From NCBI GenBank assembly GCA_012974305.1, contig JAAXQN010000022.1, positions 1 through 48,411 on the forward strand: DNA of 48,411 nucleotides, given 5' to 3'. The stretch's first letter is position 1, and every line of letters begins with the position of its first letter. A program made the translations under genes and the position numbers. Under the pieces are notes generated by a model. It was not told the DNA's origin. It was given only the letters and a program-made list of their open reading frames with translations, and did no database searches. Positions 46,716 to 48,411 of this stretch are shown piece after piece. This DNA is from Candidatus Methylomirabilis sp. (GTDB lineage Bacteria > Methylomirabilota > Methylomirabilia > Methylomirabilales > CSP1-5).

Positions 46716-46810
46716 GTTCAGAGTTGAGAGTTCAGGGTTCAGAGCCACCAACTCGACATTAAGCGGCGTTCATCCCTGAACCCTGAACCATGAAGGCTGA
46801 ACCGTGAACT
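46716..46810. repeat. Inverted heptamer arrays (GTTCAGN)4 / (NTGAACY)5
   Basis: GTTCAGA GTTGAGA GTTCAGG GTTCAGA .. CTGAACC CTGAACC ATGAAGG CTGAACC GTGAACT. Confidence 0.75.
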
Positions 46811-46828
46811 CCCACCCGAGGTGGGGCA

Positions 46829-47746
46829 ATGCGTGTCGTGTCTTTGTTGCCCAGTGCGACAGAGATTGTATATCTGTTGGGGGTGGGAGATCAGCTCACG
46901 GGGGTGAGCCATGAGTGCGACTTCCCTGTCGCTGCCCTCGACAAGCGAAAGATCATCAGACCTGCTTTTGAAGGTTTTGGGCTCAGTAGCCAAGAGATCG
47001 ATGGACGTGTCCGGGATGCGCTGGAGCGGGGAGAAAGGATCTATCGAATCGATTTTGAGGCGCTACAAGCGGCTGATCCTGACCTTATCCTGACCCAGGA
47101 GCTTTGCGACGTCTGTGCCGCCCCCTACCAAGATGTGCTGGAGGCGGTAACGAAACTTTCGCGGAAACCGGAGGTCCTTTCGCTGGATCCTAAGTCTCTC
47201 GGAGATGTGCTCAAAGATGTCGAACGGGTAGGGGAGGCCACCGGGCGCCTCAGGGAGGCGGAGGACGTTGTCAGGTCATTACAGAAAAGAGTCGAAACTG
47301 TTGTGACCCGGACTGCGAAGACAACCCCTCGGCCCACAGTCGTGTGCCTGGAGTGGCTAGACCCGCTGATGGCCTCTGGACACTGGATCCCCGAGATGGT
47401 AGACCTGGCCGGGGGGAAGGAGCCGCTGGGAAATCTGGGCACTCCTGCCCGACGAATTGCGTGGGAACACGTCCTCGCCTCTGTCCCCGAGATCCTCGTC
47501 CTCATGCCTTGCGGGTTTGCTGTGGATCGGGTCCTTGAGGAGATCCATCTCCTCACGAGGCTTCCAGGCTGGGACGGTCTGCCGGCCGTTCAGAAGGGAA
47601 GGGTGATTGCCGTGGACGGCCATGCTTATTACAGCCGATCGGGACCACGTCTGGTGGATGGTCTAGAGATCCTGGCTCATCTTGTGCATCCGGAACTCTT
47701 CCCGGGCCCGGTTCCGGAGGAGATTGCGAAAGTCGTTGATCACTGA
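46829..47746 (+). CDS. BtuF-like cobalamin-binding protein without signal peptide
   Basis: RVVSLLPSATEI, GVSHECD, TQELCDVCA, EWLDP, GHW.PEM, SRSGPRLVDG.E. Confidence 0.82.
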   Translation: MRVVSLLPSATEIVYLLGVGDQLTGVSHECDFPVAALDKRKIIRPAFEGFGLSSQEIDGRVRDALERGERIYRIDFEALQAADPDLILTQELCDVCAAPYQDVLEAVTKLSRKPEVLSLDPKSLGDVLKDVERVGEATGRLREAEDVVRSLQKRVETVVTRTAKTTPRPTVVCLEWLDPLMASGHWIPEMVDLAGGKEPLGNLGTPARRIAWEHVLASVPEILVLMPCGFAVDRVLEEIHLLTRLPGWDGLPAVQKGRVIAVDGHAYYSRSGPRLVDGLEILAHLVHPELFPGPVPEEIAKVVDH

Positions 47747-47803
47747 CTGTCACCCCCAGGTGCGGACATCGCAGATTGATATGGTCGAGAATGAGATCCG
47801 ACA

Positions 47804-48411
47804 ATGCCTAAGGATAAATTAAAGCAGATCGAGGGGGCGGCAAAGACGTGGGAGGAGGAGACACTCCATCCCGCGTTGGAGAAGTCACCCGAGCGAGCGC
47901 AGGAGTTCAACACGGTCTCTGGACATCCTGTGCGAAGGCTTTACACGCCTTGCGATCTCCGCGATTTCGACTATGTCCAGGATCTCGGTTTCTCGGGCCT
48001 GTATCCGTTCACCCGCGGCGTCTATCCCACGATGTATCGCGGCAGGGTCTGGACGATGCGGATGTTCGCTGGCTATGGCACCGCCGAGGAGACGAATCAA
48101 CGATTCAAGTATCTCTTGGAACAGGCACAGACAGGTCTGTCGGTGGCCTTTGATCTGCCGACGCTGATGGGGTATGACTCCGACCATCCGATGTCACGAG
48201 GAGAGGTGGGGAAGTGCGGGGTGGCGATTGACTCGCTGGCAGACATGGAGACGCTCTTCGAGGGCATTCCTCTGGGAGACGTGACCACCTCGATGACCAT
48301 CAACTCGCCTGCAGCGATTCTCTGGGCAATGTATATCGCTGTCTGCGAGAAACAGGGTGTACCTTATGACCGTATCGGTGGAACGACCCAGAATGATATT
48401 CTCAAAGAATT
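47804..48411 (+). CDS. Adenosylcobalamin-dependent acyl-CoA mutase large subunit (MCM/ICM family), 3' truncated
   Basis: Hand translation (absent from the ORF track): [71 protein letters not shown]. Confidence 0.93.
   Translation, partial: MPKDKLKQIEGAAKTWEEETLHPALEKSPERAQEFNTVSGHPVRRLYTPCDLRDFDYVQDLGFSGLYPFTRGVYPTMYRGRVWTMRMFAGYGTAEETNQRFKYLLEQAQTGLSVAFDLPTLMGYDSDHPMSRGEVGKCGVAIDSLADMETLFEGIPLGDVTTSMTINSPAAILWAMYIAVCEKQGVPYDRIGGTTQNDILKE

Noticed and set aside
8236-46810. CRISPR array
   Set aside because: The repeats are 7-nt units without unique spacers, and there are no cas genes.

Overview
GC-rich (roughly 60% by eye) bacterial chromosomal window; the lineage cannot be fixed from the sequence alone. 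(1) 1-11.7 kb: mixed housekeeping genes (two M48 proteases, DUF169, metallophosphoesterase, LOG, nucleoside hydrolase-ribokinase, a split RsmF-like methyltransferase pair, a DUF488 pseudogene). (2) 11.9-16.8 kb: accessory-looking block with MscS, a GluR0-like K+ channel, an orphan 3' half of tRNA-Arg(ACG) (att-site-like), and a sigma-54 HAMP-protein + unusual pilin operon. (3) 17-25.5 kb, minus strand: purN-purH-purD-purE-selD-metX-qor. selD has an in-frame UGA (Sec19) with a SECIS-like hairpin that the ORF track missed. (4) 25.9-42.1 kb: a ~16 kb sulfur supercluster with Rrf2, cysK, Ubl-MoeB fusion, three rhodaneses, cysO-cysM-mec, TauE, sulfite reductase, hemD, cysH, sat and cobA, then NIL, SAM-I riboswitch, NIL, a ThrC-like PLP enzyme and MoaD. 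All three ubiquitin-like carriers have a masked Gly-Gly, with only one E1 and one JAB protease. This suggests a protease-gated protein-thiocarboxylate network making cysteine and, by inference, homocysteine, and is the top candidate system. (5) 42.9 kb-end: etfBA, a membrane Fe-S oxidoreductase, a B12-binding protein and an ICM-type acyl-CoA mutase (truncated). Many spacers contain inverted heptamer arrays and REP-like palindromes. All protein calls come from motif recognition, not database searches.
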